NCBI RefSeq assembly: GCF_009914755.1
Contig: NC_060942.1
Strand: one strand, 5' to 3'
Length of the DNA stretch: 64,000 nt
From: the human T2T-CHM13v2.0 reference genome, Homo sapiens
In this document: positions 1 to 13,020 of the stretch, piece by piece
Numbering within the stretch: position 1 is the stretch's first letter
How the letters are laid out: each line of letters starts with the position of its first letter
The notes under the pieces: generated by a model
What the model was told of the DNA's origin: nothing
The model's input: the letters and a program-made list of their open reading frames with translations, nothing else
Databases searched by the model: none
Made by a program: the position numbers and the translations under genes

Positions 1-54
1 TGAAGGATAGAATGAGGAGAATAAATTAGATCCAAGCCTCTTAACCTTAACAAT

Positions 55-505
55 AATAATTAGATAACAAGAGTAGCTTATACTGACATAATCTTTACTG
101 TTCTCAGACACTGTTACAAGGGCTTTACATATATTAGCCAATTCTTTTTTTTTTTTTTTTTGAGATGGAGTTTCACTTTTGTTGCCCAGACTGGAGTGCA
201 ATGGTGCAATCTCGGCTCACTGCAACCTGCCTCAGCCTTCTGAGTAGCTGGGATTACAAGCATGCTCCACCTTGCTCGGCTAATTTTTTTGTGTCAGTAG
301 AGATGAGGTTTCACCATGTTGGTCAGGCTGGTCTCAAACTCCTGACCTAAGGTGATCCACCTGCCTCGGCCTCTCTAAAGTGCTGGGATTGCAGGCGTGG
401 GCCACCGCGCCTGGCCTAGCCAATTTAATTCTTGCAATAATCTTATGGCATAGGTGCCTCTTTTTATCCCACTTTATAGGTGTGGAAACTGAGGCACACA
501 AAGCT
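55..505 (-). mobile_element. MIR split by an Alu
   Basis: MIR-like text on both sides of the Alu, including the core ggaaactgaggcac at ~484. Confidence 0.65.
145..416 (-). mobile_element. AluS with ~30-bp internal deletion
   Basis: Poly-T plus Alu consensus; TSD TAGCCAATT on both sides. Confidence 0.92.
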
Positions 506-659
506 GTATGTCAGGCTTCTGGTTTACCTCTCCCACATGGTCTGTTCACTCTTTTGCTTCATCCTTCTGTTTTTCAGCTGGCTTTTCTTCTGAACAGGCC
601 AGGTGACCACCTCTCTTCATCCGCCCTGCCTCCCATTTTGAACATCCTTCTCTCGCCAA

Positions 660-850
660 TAACAATAGCTTCCCTTTACGGAATGTTTAACATGGCAAGG
701 CACCTTGCCTTCGCTTTTACAAACGTTAGCTCATTTAATTGTCGCAACCATCCCTGAGGTGGGAAATGTGAGGACCCAGGCACAGAGGAGGCTCAGGGGG
801 GACTGCACTCAGCAGGGGACTGAATCAGGACAGGACTTGAGAGTCCAAGC
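660..850 (-). mobile_element. MIR fragment
   Basis: aataacaatagct...tcatttaat...caaccatccctgaggt...ggcacagag pattern. Confidence 0.55.
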
Positions 851-1129
851 TGCTTCCCCTCCTTCTCATACTCCTGTGTGGGCTGCCTTTGGTTCCTTGC
901 CCAGGAGTCCTTGCCCTCTGCTATTCCTTTTCTGACTCTTGGTCTACCTTCCTGTCTCAGCCACTCATTTGTTGTTCATGATAAGCAGCCAACAGTCGAC
1001 TTTCTAATGTGTATGGATCCTGGCTCCCCACAAAGCCTGGGAGCTCCTGGGGCAGTTGACTATCTTTCAGGCTCCTGATCTAGTGTCTGGCTGTCAGTTG
1101 TTGCTTTGCCAATGTTTCTTTTTTTCTTC

Positions 1130-1435
1130 TCTTTCTTTCTTTTTTTTTTTTTAATTTTTACTTTTTAGAGACAGGGTCTTGCTCTGTCCCTTAGGCTGGA
1201 GTGCAGTGATGCAATCGTAGCTCACTGCAGCCTTCATCACCTAGACTCAAGCAATCCTTCCATCTCGGCTCCCCAAATAGCTGGGACTACATGCCCAGCT
1301 AACTTTTGTATTTTTTGTAGAGACGGGGTCTCCCAATGTTGCCCAGGCTGGTCTCAAATTCCTGGGCTTAAGTAATCCTCCCTCCTCGGCTTCCCAAAGT
1401 GTTGGGATTAAAGGCCCGAGCCACCGTGCCCAGCC
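1130..1435 (-). mobile_element. AluJ
   Basis: Diverged Alu with J-type gcagcct/cctgggctyaag and T-rich tail. Confidence 0.9.
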
Positions 1436-2681
1436 TGCTTATGCTTCTTGTTGCTGGCTGTGGTGGTGGTGACAGATCCCTCTGCTGTCTTGGCACTTCC
1501 CTGCCATTTGAGATGGGCTATTTCCTGGGCCAGTTCAGGAACCCTCTCCATTTCAGAAAATAACACTTGTTGCGGTGAAGTCAGATTTAGTCAGAGGCAT
1601 ATGCTGATGTGCCTGTTTTCGAATAAGAAAATCAATGCAAAGTTGGACGTGAGATGTATCATTATAAGGAAGCTCACTCTAATAGTTCCTTTCTAAATAA
1701 ATAATTCTTTTGTAATTGAATATCATCCTTTTGCTTATTTCTTTGAGGGTTAAATCTGGATCCACACTGGATTTGCTTCTGGTGGAGTCTCTGGAATTAA
1801 GGGCTAAAGTTAATCACTATGTTTATAAGTATAACCAAGTTTATGGCATTCAGTTTGTTGGACAGGATTATTTTAGCTTTTTCAGAATTGCCACAAGAAT
1901 CCATCTGAAGCTTTAGACATCTCACTGATTTTTGTGAAATTTGCTTTTTAATGCACCTAAAACCCTCAGTTTAAGTCTTTACATTTGTGTTATATAAACA
2001 AAAGTTTGGGTGTGGGGCCAGTGTTGTTGCTGGATTTTCATAAAACCTCATTTCTGCTGGGAAAGGGAAGGAGTGGTTACCTGTGGAGGGGTCGGGTTTG
2101 GTCTGTCTGGTTGGGAGGAAGGAAGTTTGGGTGCTTAGACTCAGAGGGCTTGCTCGCCTGAAGTCCTGCCTCCCAGCCTCATGCCCTTATGGTGAGGGTT
2201 GAGAGCAAACCAGATCTTGTTGGAAAACGAGTAGAGTTGGACCTCATTCACTTGCAGGCCGTGGAGGCTCGGCACACTTCCTTTCTGTTCCGCCTGTGTC
2301 TGGTGCCAGAGAAATGCTGTTTTAAGGATTTAATGGGATTATGTATGTAAAAAAGAAATTCTGTGAAAAGTACACAATGTCCTACCTCTGTCAAATAACA
2401 AGTATCTGGTAATTTATAGAATGGAGCCCTGAAAGCTTGGAAGGAATAAGAGCTCCTGAACTTTTAGAAGGAAAAAGGTGATTTTAAAAAGTACATGATT
2501 ATGGCGAAATTTTTCAAAAAGCTTCTCAAAAGCAACTTTATTCAAACTGTTGTCTAAACAGATTTTAGTTATTTTGGTTTGATTTTACTAAATTATATGA
2601 TGTTTCCTATTTGGCCTTTTTCATGTGAATGGGAGGAATGGGTGGAACAGGGCAAAGGTGAACTTGTGCTTCAAGAAATCA

Positions 2682-2990
<309 letters not shown>

Positions 2991-3241
2991 AAGAAATCAT
3001 TGCCATGATCATGGCAGATAGAGGATGTTAGCATTTTCTTTATAACGTGGTCTGCTTCAGACATGGACTGTTCTTGTAAAGAATTAAGGTAAATGAGGTA
3101 GATTTTAAAGCCTGTATATGCATAGGTTTATTTTCCATGAAGTCAATGTTCAAAAATTTCACTGATCAGGGAATGTTGAACTGTGCAGCTTTTCTAAAAA
3201 GTCTAAAAAGACTTTGCCATCACTGGATAAGCCTTGTTAGA

Positions 3242-3283
3242 GTGTGTGTGTGTGTGTGTGTGCGCGCGCACGCATGCGTGCGC
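3242..3283. repeat. (GT)n(GC)n alternating purine-pyrimidine tract
   Basis: gtgtgtgtgtgtgtgtgtgtgcgcgcgcacgcatgcgtgcgc. Confidence 0.95.
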
Positions 3284-3668
3284 TCTGCATTTTCTCTTTG
3301 GAAATGATCAGGTTATGTGTGCATCATTAATGCCTATTCACCCACACAGTGAGGTTTGTTTCACAGTCAGAGATCTTAGAGCTTGGCACTTTTTACAAAT
3401 AGGATTTCTTCAGTTCCCCTTCCTTTTGTCCAGCTTTGCATCTTGCCAGTGGCTCCTGCCCTGAGTTCTAAAGTTTCGAAGGCTTAAGTGGCCAGGGTCA
3501 GGTCAGTGGCACTGTGTGCAATGCAGGGAAAGGCCCCCACTTGCTGGGGGCAGGGGATAGTAACGCCGGCTTCATTTCTCCTGCCCTGGGTCTGCCCAGG
3601 AGCAGCTCTGGCCCTGGCTGCACAGACCCGTTCATTAGCTCCCATGTATTTCACTACCAGGATTGTAA

Positions 3669-3884
<216 letters not shown>

Positions 3885-3996
3885 GCCCACGCCGCCAGGA
3901 GGCAGGGAGGGCTCCGCCGCGGGCCTCACTCCACTCGTGTCTGCTTTTGTGCAGCGGTCCAGACAGTGGCGACTGCGCTGACAGAACGTGATTCTC

Positions 3997-5434
3997 GTGC
4001 CTTTATTTTGAAAGAGATGTTTTTCCCAAGAGGCTTGCTGAAAGAGTGAGAGAAGATGGAAGGGAAGGGCCAGTGCAACTGGGCGCTTGGGCCACTCCAG
4101 CCAGCCCGCCTCCGGGGCGGACCCTGCTCCACTTCCAGAAGCCAGGACTAGGACCTGGGCCTTGCCTGCTATGGAATATTGAGAGAGATTTTTTAAAAAA
4201 GATTTTGCATTTTGTCCAAAATCATGTGCTTCTTCTGATCAATTTTGGTTGTTCCAGAATTTCTTCATACCTTTTCCACATCCAGATTTCATGTGCGTTC
4301 ATGGAGAAGATCACTTGAGGCCATTTGGTACACATCTCTGGAGGCTGAGTCGGTTCATGAGGTCTCTTATCAAAAATATTACTCAGTTTGCAAGACTGCA
4401 TTGTAACTTTAACATACACTGTGACTGACGTTTCTCAAAGTTCATATTGTGTGGCTGATCTGAAGTCAGTCGGAATTTGTAAACAGGGTAGCAAACAAGA
4501 TATTTTTCTTCCATGTATACAATAATTTTTTTAAAAAGTGCAATTTGCGTTGCAGCAATCAGTGTTAAATCATTTGCATAAGATTTAACAGCATTTTTTA
4601 TAATGAATGTAAACATTTTAACTTAATGGTACTTAAAATAATTTAAAAGAAAAATGTTAACTTAGACATTCTTATGCTTCTTTTACAACTACATCCCATT
4701 TTATATTTCCAATTGTTAAAGAAAAATATTTCAAGAACAAATCTTCTCTCAGGAAAATTGCCTTTCTCTATTTGTTAAGAATTTTTATACAAGAACACCA
4801 ATATACCCCCTTTATTTTACTGTGGAATATGTGCTGGAAAAATTGCAACAACACTTTACTACCTAACGGATAGCATTTGTAAATACTCTAGGTATCTGTA
4901 AACACTCTGATGAAGTCTGTATAGTGTGACTAACCCACAGGCAGGTTGGTTTACATTAATTTTTTTTTTTGAATGGGATGTCCTATGGAAACCTATTTCA
5001 CCAGAGTTTTAAAAATAAAAAGGGTATTGTTTTGTCTTCTGTACAGTGAGTTCCTTCCCTTTTCAAAGCTTTCTTTTTATGCTGTATGTGACTATAGATA
5101 TTCATATAAAACAAGTGCACGTGAAGTTTGCAAAATGCTTTAAGGCCTTCCTTTCAAAGCATAGTCCTTTTGGAGCCGTTTTGTACCTTTTATACCTTGG
5201 CTTATTTGAAGTTGACACATGGGGTTAGTTACTACTCTCCATGTGCATTGGGGACAGTTTTTATAAGTGGGAAGGACTCAGTATTATTATATTTGAGATG
5301 ATAAGCATTTTGTTTGGGAACAATGCTTAAAAATATTCCAGAAAGTTCAGATTTTTTTTCTTTGTGAATGAAATATATTCTGGCCCACGAACAGGGCGAT
5401 TTCCTTTCAGTTTTTTCCTTTTGCAACGTGCCTT
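3997..5434 (+). promoter_or_regulatory. 3' UTR miRNA seed matches and Pumilio element
   Basis: miR-124/506 GTGCCTT at 3997 and 5428; miR-10 ACAGGGTA at 4483; miR-25/92/363 GTGCAAT at 4538; miR-181 TGAATGTA at 4604; miR-196 ACTACCTA at 4858; Pumilio TGTAAATA at 4878; miR-30 GTTTACA at 4949; miR-200bc/429 CAGTATTA at 5279. Confidence 0.7.
5014..5019 (+). terminator. Proximal poly(A) signal AATAAA
   Basis: AATAAA followed by GT/T-rich ggtattgttttgtcttctgt. Confidence 0.6.
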
Positions 5435-5562
5435 GAAGTCTCAAAGCTCACCTGAGGTTGCAGACGTTACCCCCAACAGAAGATAGGTAGAAATGATTCC
5501 AGTGGCCTCTTTGTATTTTCTTCATTGTTGAGTAGATTTCAGGAAATCAGGAGGTGTTTCAC

Positions 5563-5568
5563 AATACA
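5563..5568 (+). terminator. Distal variant poly(A) signal AATACA
   Basis: Known variant hexamer with T-rich downstream element (tattttttttacttctttt, ~5607-5625); repeats resume soon after. Confidence 0.5.
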
Positions 5569-5735
5569 GAATGATGGCCTTTAACTGTGGCTCCCTGAGT
5601 GTACAGTATTTTTTTACTTCTTTTCATGCACTTATTACAGTCATTCTATGGGGTTCAGTCTGAATCTTTCAAGAGAAGGAATGTCTTCCTTAGTCCTGGT
5701 GAATGCTACTCTATAGAGGGACAGTGTCCATAGCC

Positions 5736-5756
5736 AGTGTGTGTGTGTGTGTGTGT
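5736..5756. repeat. (GT)n microsatellite
   Basis: Directly visible. Confidence 0.9.
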
Positions 5757-5814
5757 TTCTGGGTAATTCAGTAAGGCCCACGTGCACCCTGATATCATAA
5801 GGTGGGCCAGAACA

Positions 5815-6015
5815 ATGGTTAAGAGTGTTGGGTATGCAGGCAGATCACTAGGCTTCAATTCCCTGCTTGGCCGTGGATAAGCTCTGTGACCTTGGGCAAG
5901 TTATCCAGCTCTCATCTTTCTAATATAAAATAAAGGCAAATAGTATATAAATCACAGGATTAAGTGAGATAGTCCATGCCAAGTGCTTAGCACAATACCT
6001 GGCACATATTAAGTA
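5815..6015 (+). mobile_element. MIR
   Basis: tggttaagag...tgtgaccttgggcaagtta...gcttagcacaatacctggcacata. Confidence 0.8.
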
Positions 6016-7135
6016 CTAACTTGACTTTGAAAGAGAGTGGCATGATTTGCAACATAGATCCTTTGAATAATGTCTGACTACCTGGAATATCAGAAGTTTA
6101 TGGTCTGTAAGAGTGATGTCCTGTGGGTCACCTGTGCTTCTTCAACAAGGCCAAGAAGAGTGAAATGAAAGACTCCCTCTAATCCAGGGGGTTGCAGAAA
6201 TGGAGGGAGGATGCATGAGAGCTGATTGTTTTATAATAGAACAAGGCTGTTCTGACAACAGAAGAAAATTATTATCCCCACGAACTGATGTCTGTTTTCC
6301 TCCCTCCTTTTATGGTTCTCATTACTTTGAGTGCTTTTTGGTGGGTTGGGAGTTGTTAAAGTTAATATGGTTTGATTGGAAAATGAATTTTTCTTTTTGG
6401 GGCTTCCAAATGACCCTTTTTCTGGGATAATCTCAAATATTGCTCCTTCCAATTCTAAAAAGAATTCTAGTTTTTATGAAACAAATTACAGTGGGCAGAA
6501 GACAGAGGGGGCTTCTTGTAGCCTGTCCTAACACAATGAACTCCACTATCTGTTTTTAAATGATTACTTTCTTACCTATGATTGCATAAAGAAGTTTGTT
6601 AAATTTGCTCCAAATACACAATTTCAGCACTCCTCTCCCAAAGTATGACATGTGCAACTGAACATGACCCAATCATTTCTCAAAAGGGAATGCATTCAAA
6701 TAGATGCTGCACCTCAGCTTAAAGAATCCCCAGACCGTATATCGTGGACTGGAGAATTTATGTCTTCTGTCACACATGGCTGATTTGAGGCCATCTTAAA
6801 TAAGTGAAGGCTCTGTCTGGGGTCTCTTTTCAGGGTCACTTAATGTTGTTTCCTGGTGCTTATGGGAGGGTCAGGAAAGCAAAGGGAACCATTCATTTCC
6901 CAGTGCAAATAAATTAACTTCTTGCTCATGGGAAATGTTTTTCACAGTCCTTGGAAATTTGCTGTAATTTCAGATCACAGATAAATTGGCTGCTTTGCTG
7001 GGAGGGCAACCCAGCGAGTCTTCAATGCTGTGCCAGATTCCAGGGTGAGTTCAGGTTGGAGCAGTGTAGTGGGGAGAAAGGTGGCAGGCAGAAGCAAATA
7101 TTTTCAGAATCAGGCAGTGCTGGCTTATTAAGATG

Positions 7136-7175
<40 letters not shown>

Positions 7176-7544
7176 CCTCCCTCTCTCTCTCCCTCTCTCT
7201 CTCTCTCCCCCTCCCTCCCTCCCTCCCTCTCTCTCCCTCCCTCCCTCTCTCTCTCTTTCTTTTCTTTTTCTTTCTTTCTCCCTTCCTTCCTTCCCTTCCC
7301 TTCCTCCCTTCCTTCTTCCCTTCCCTTCCCCTTCCTTCCTTCCTTTCTTTCTCTTTCTTTCTTTCTTTCTTTCGCTCTCTCTTCCTCCCTCCCTCTCTTT
7401 CTCTCTCTTTCTTTTTCTTTCTTTCCTTCTTTCTTTCTTTCTTTTTCTTTCTTTCTCCCTTCCCTTCCCTTCCCTTCCCCTCTCCTCCCCTCCCCCCCTC
7501 TCTTTCTTTCTTCTTTCTTTCTTTCTTTTTTTCTTTCTTTCTTT
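7136..7544. repeat. 409-bp compound polypyrimidine tract (CT)n/(CCCT)n/(CCTT)n/(CTTT)n
   Basis: Only C and T on the + strand apart from one G at 7374. Confidence 0.97.
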
Positions 7545-7691
7545 GAGACAAAGTCTGGCTGTGTCACCCAGGCTGGAGAGCAGTGGCACAATCATAGCTC
7601 ACTTGCAGCCTCAACTTTCTGGGCTCAAGTGATCCTTCCCCCTCAGCCTCCCAAAGTGCTAGTATTATAGGCGTGAGCCACTGCACCTGGC
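7544..7691 (-). mobile_element. Alu monomer (FRAM/FAM-like)
   Basis: Single-arm Alu whose tail is the pyrimidine tract. Confidence 0.85.
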
Positions 7692-9199
7692 TAAAATGCA
7701 TTTTGTTTCTGGGTTGAAATACTAGCAAGTCAGTGTGGCAATACTAGTTATCTTCTGTTGCTTGGGAGCTCTAATTGGCAGTCAGATATGCTTTGATTAT
7801 TTTAAATGGGAAACATATTAATAAACTTGCTAGACCAAATCTTTCAGAATAGGGTCTGTGGGAAAAAATGTGGTACCTACAGGTCTGGCTGCTTGAGGCT
7901 CCTGGATGGATTCTGTGTGGCTGAACCTTCAGCAGCTGCATTCTGAGAAGGCCACTTCGCTTATGACCTTCTGGTGGGGCTGGGATCAGGCAGGAGAAGG
8001 TGATAGACATCAGTAGGACAGGCAGAAGAGGAGTCAAAGGGTGTTTTCAGTTGGTTCAACTTCAAGATAAAGGATGCCAGAAAGTCTTAGTTTATAGGGA
8101 CTTTGGATAAATATATTGTGGTTGATAGTTCCAAATTGCTTCTAAGGAAAGTTAGGACGTTGCAGGTGCGTGTCTGCACCTCTGAGACTCATGTCAGAGC
8201 AAGCACCCATGCTCCTCTGAATATTCTCCAGCATATTCCAAGTCTGCACTAGGGAACCAGCGTGACGACGGGTGCTTCACTGCTCTTGCCGCCTGGTAGC
8301 TGTTACAGGGAAGTGACCATTACACAGTTGATGTCACTATTTTGGCTCAAGAGATACTTATTTTGCTTGGTGGCTTTTTTTTTTTTTTTTTAAAGAAAGA
8401 ACCTTTTAAAAATGACTAAAATATAGTGATTAAAGAATGTTTAATGAGGAGAGGTGCTTATATTTCAGTTATCAGTGGTCTGTCTGTCAAAATAATCATC
8501 TACATATCCTATAGCTTTGGGGCAAGTTGTTTGCTCTCTCTGGATCTCAGTAGCCAAAAAATGGCGAGATCTGGCAGTTGGGGTCTAGAAGTTCCCTTCT
8601 ATCTGTGTTTACATCCCACAGTCCCATGGGCAGACTGTATGCAAGGTGATGGCAGGTCTGTGGCTGAGTTTGAGGGGCTCGCAGGGACCCTCTGTGAGTA
8701 AGGAGGCTGGTAGATTTACAATCTCCTCTCTTCCTGTCTCCTCCCCACCTCAGATCTGGTCTCTGGAGGCCAAGTCCTCCCATAACCTTAAGCCATAGAG
8801 GGTGAGAGTTGCAGTCATATTCATGAACCCAGGGGCTTAGTAAGGGCTGCCACTGCTCCCTAACACTGAACCTGTTTGGTCTGTGTCCCCCATATGAAAC
8901 TGAGACAGCGATACGAATCCAGACCGGAAAATGGAAAAGTCTGGCATTGGAGCAGTCCGCAGAACAAGGAAAAAACAGCTTTGCTTTGCTTGGCCCATTG
9001 CTTCAGTATCTTATAGTTGGTTTTCTATTTCTTGGAAGCAATCAACATTTCATTGTTGTTTGCCTTCTGTGTCTTCTCTTTAGCTACTACACAGTTTTCC
9101 TCTCTGTCTCATCACTCTCTTCCAGGGTTTTTACCCTTACTTTTGTGAATTCTATTTCTTTAATGCTCCAAGACTGGTCGGAGATAGGAACAACACATA

Positions 9200-9420
9200 T
9201 TTATATAGCACTATGTGCCATTTTCTATGCAAAATGCCTCACATATACCCATTTATCTAATCCTCATACCAAGTAAATGGGGTGGTACTATTCCCATCTT
9301 AGGGATGTGTCTACGGAGGCACAGAGAAGTTAAGTCACTTGCCCAAGTTTGCACTGTGGCAGAGCTAGGATTTGAACCCCTGCAGTGTGGCTCCAGAGCA
9401 CATGCTCCTAATCACTACAT
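9200..9420 (-). mobile_element. MIR
   Basis: gaggcacagagaagttaagtcacttgcccaag...ggatttgaaccc...ggctccagagc. Confidence 0.85.
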
Positions 9421-9459
9421 CATGTTGTCTTTTCATCTTGATTTAAAGGCAAAAAAATA

Positions 9460-9827
<368 letters not shown>

Positions 9828-10344
9828 CTATGCTTTTTCTTTCTCCGCTCGCATCTCAGAAATACACAAGTATCATTTGCAACACAGGTATGCCTAGGTT
9901 GAAGAAATTGAGTAAACATGCATATTTCTCGCAGTTAGTTCTTTCTTTAGAACATAGAAGAGAGTGCCTAGCTGTTAGCTGGAAAGTTTAGAGGTATCAT
10001 TCTATTTTTGGAGTGAGTCCCTTCCCCTTTTCTTGTAACTTCAAGTGCAGCTTATTATGCTCTTATCTAGCTCAAAAGATTAGGGTAAAGCATTTTGTAA
10101 AGTGTAAAAAAGCTGGTGAAATGATGAACAGTGGTTAAAACTGAACATGAGAGGGAACAAGGAATACCTTGTGGTGTAAAATCTCTGTGCTTAGCTGTGC
10201 CAAAGAATTTTTTTCAGGAAAACTTGCACAAGATCTTGGCAGTGGTGTCTTGGGCTTTATCTTTTTAAGTAAGTGTTCATTACTGCTTACATCATTGTTG
10301 CTATTATTATTTTGATAAGTGTGCATTGCCAAGGATGCTCTGTG

Positions 10345-10470
10345 TCAGGGGTTCTCCAACTCCCATGTGCACGAGAATCACACACAGGGCTTGTGAAAAT
10401 CGCAGAGTCCATAACTCCCCCAGAGAACTGGATTCTGCAGGTCTTGTCTTGGAAGCTGCAATTTTGGCCT
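10345..10470. mobile_element. MER5-like hAT DNA transposon fragment
   Basis: caggggttctccaac...gagaatcac...gggcttgtgaaaa...cccccagag pattern. Confidence 0.5.
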
Positions 10471-10589
10471 TTGCATTAATTAAAATTTCTTGGCTAGTAC
10501 AAAATCACAAAGTTGTAAGTTAGAATGCACTAAAAAAAATTGTTCTTTTCACCCCTCTACCTCAGTCAGTCAGTTCCTCTCCCAGATGT

Positions 10590-11006
<417 letters not shown>

Positions 11007-11029
11007 ACCATAACTTCTTATTTCTTGCA

Positions 11030-13020
11030 TGGATTGTATGCATTGACTAGGGACACACAATATATTCCAGTTTTTTGACATATAGGATAGCGCACTATAC
11101 ACATTGCTTTGCATTTTGCTTTTTTCACTTAGCATATCTGGGTAGGTCATTATTTAATCAGTGCCATATTTAAGTACATTTGTTTCCAGCCTTTGGTTTT
11201 TTTGAGTAATGCTGCAATTAATATCCCTTATCTGTGTCATTTCACGCAGGTGCAAATATACCTGTAAAATGAATTTCTGGAAGCAGCATTACTGACTCAA
11301 GGGTATCTACTTTTCATTTTGATAGATATTGCCAAATTGCTCTCACAGAGGTTTCCCCAATTTGTACTCCCACCAGCAATGGACAAGAGTGTTTTTTCTT
11401 TGTCACACAAGTCTGGTGTCAAACATTCTGATCTTGTCAGTCTTGATTCTCTGAGTTTTGTTTTGCATTTCTCTTATTGTGAGTGAAGTCGAACATATTT
11501 TCCTATGATTAGGAGCCATGTGTAATTCCTTTTATGTGAACTTTTTGCCCATCTCTGTCCATTTTCTTTACTTATTTTTTCTATTGGGTTATCAGTCTCA
11601 TTGATTTGAGAAGTTCTTCGCATGTTAAGGAAAGCAGCCCTTTGTCTGAAATATACTTGAAATATATATACATATATTCTGGCTTTTTGTTTTATTTTGT
11701 TTATACTTTTTAAAAAGTCATGATGATCTTTTCTTTCATAAAGTAATTCAATTTATTGGTCTTTTCTTTTATGACTTTGGAGTTTTGTATAATATTAGGA
11801 AGGCCTTCCCCACCATTAAGATGATTTTTTTAAAATCCCGTGTTTTCTTCTAGTATTTTTATGGTTTTATTTTTGAGGTTTGCATTGTTTTTAAATCTGG
11901 AACTTTTGTTGTTGGTTGTTGTAACATGTAGAATATATATTCAACATTTGTCCAAATGGCAACCTTATTGTCACAGCATCATTTCCTGAAAAATCCATTT
12001 CCCTCCCACTGATTGAAAATAGAAAGTCAAAATTATATAAATTCTCATATGTATATGTACTCTTTTATAAATTCTTATGTGGATATATATTTAATATAAA
12101 TTTACATATACATTTGGGTCTATTTCTATCTATTTTGTACCAATGATATGTTTATATATGTGTCAATCTCATACTTTTTTTTGATTATTATATAAGCATG
12201 CCTCACTTAGCGACAAGAATACTTTCTGAGAAGTACATCAGGCAATTTCATCATTGTGTGAACATCACAGAGTGTGGTTACATAAATTTAGATGGTTTAG
12301 CCTACCACATACCTAGGCTATAATGATATAGCCTATGGCTCTTAGGCTACAAACTTGTACAGCATGTGACTCTACTGAATACTGTATGCAACTGTAACAC
12401 AATGGTAAGTATTTATGTATCTAAACATATCCAAACTTAGATAATGTACAGTAAAAATACAGTATTATCATTTTATGGGACCACCTTCATATATATGCAG
12501 TCCATTTTTGACCAAAATGTCATTGTGTGGTGCATGACTATACTTTGCATGTATTTTACTGTTTAGAAGGCCAGCTCCTTTTCATTGATCTTATTTTTTA
12601 AATAAGAATTTGATCACTATTCTTGCTTACTTGTTTTTCCACATAAACTTTAGAATTAGCTTGTTCCTTTTCAAAAAAATCCTGTTGGTATTTTTATTGG
12701 AATAGTATTAAAATTTTAGATTATCTTAGGGAGAATTAATATCTTAATTTTATTAAGTCTTCCTGTCCAAGATGAAGTATGTCTTTTTTGTTTGTTAAAA
12801 TTTTTTTTTCTGTGTCCCTCATAAGAATTTTAACCTTTTCTTCCTGTAGATCTTGTGCATGTTTCTGGTTAAGTTTATTCTTAGGTGTTCAATACTTTTT
12901 GATGTTAGTTTATTCTAATGGATTGTCATGTTCATTAAGAGTATAGTAAGCCTCTTTCCCAGAACCATTTAAAATTCTCATATTTTTTTTCGGTTGATTC
13001 TCTTGTGTTTTCTGAGAGAA
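11030..13020 (-). mobile_element. Old L1 (L1M class) fragments, antisense
   Basis: T-rich antisense L1 phrases such as tactcccaccagcaat, ttttgcatttctcttatt and aactttagaattagcttg; interrupted by Tigger3a. Confidence 0.7.
12193..12540 (-). mobile_element. Tigger3a-type non-autonomous TcMar DNA transposon
   Basis: About 348 bp with degenerate TIRs (...gcatgc / gcatgact) flanked by TA and internal gcctaccacatacctaggcta...tgtaacacaatggtaagtatt, matching the consensus as I recall it. Confidence 0.85.

Larger units (their letters stand above)
3885..5589 (+). other. GATA6: GATA6 3' UTR (end approximate)
   Basis: Repeat-free sequence, GC-rich then AU-rich, following the stop codon. It carries many miRNA seed matches and ends after the distal AATACA signal; length agrees with my recollection of the mRNA. 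Confidence 0.8.

Noticed and set aside
5929-5934. AATAAA after the UTR
   Set aside because: Lies within a MIR, lacks a clear GT/T-rich downstream element and is beyond the likely mRNA end; at most a minor fail-safe site.
6951-7670. Five overlapping ORFs of 137-239 aa (S/L/F/P-rich or E/R/K/G-rich)
   Set aside because: Translations of the pyrimidine tract plus an Alu monomer; the same applies to 10490-10815.
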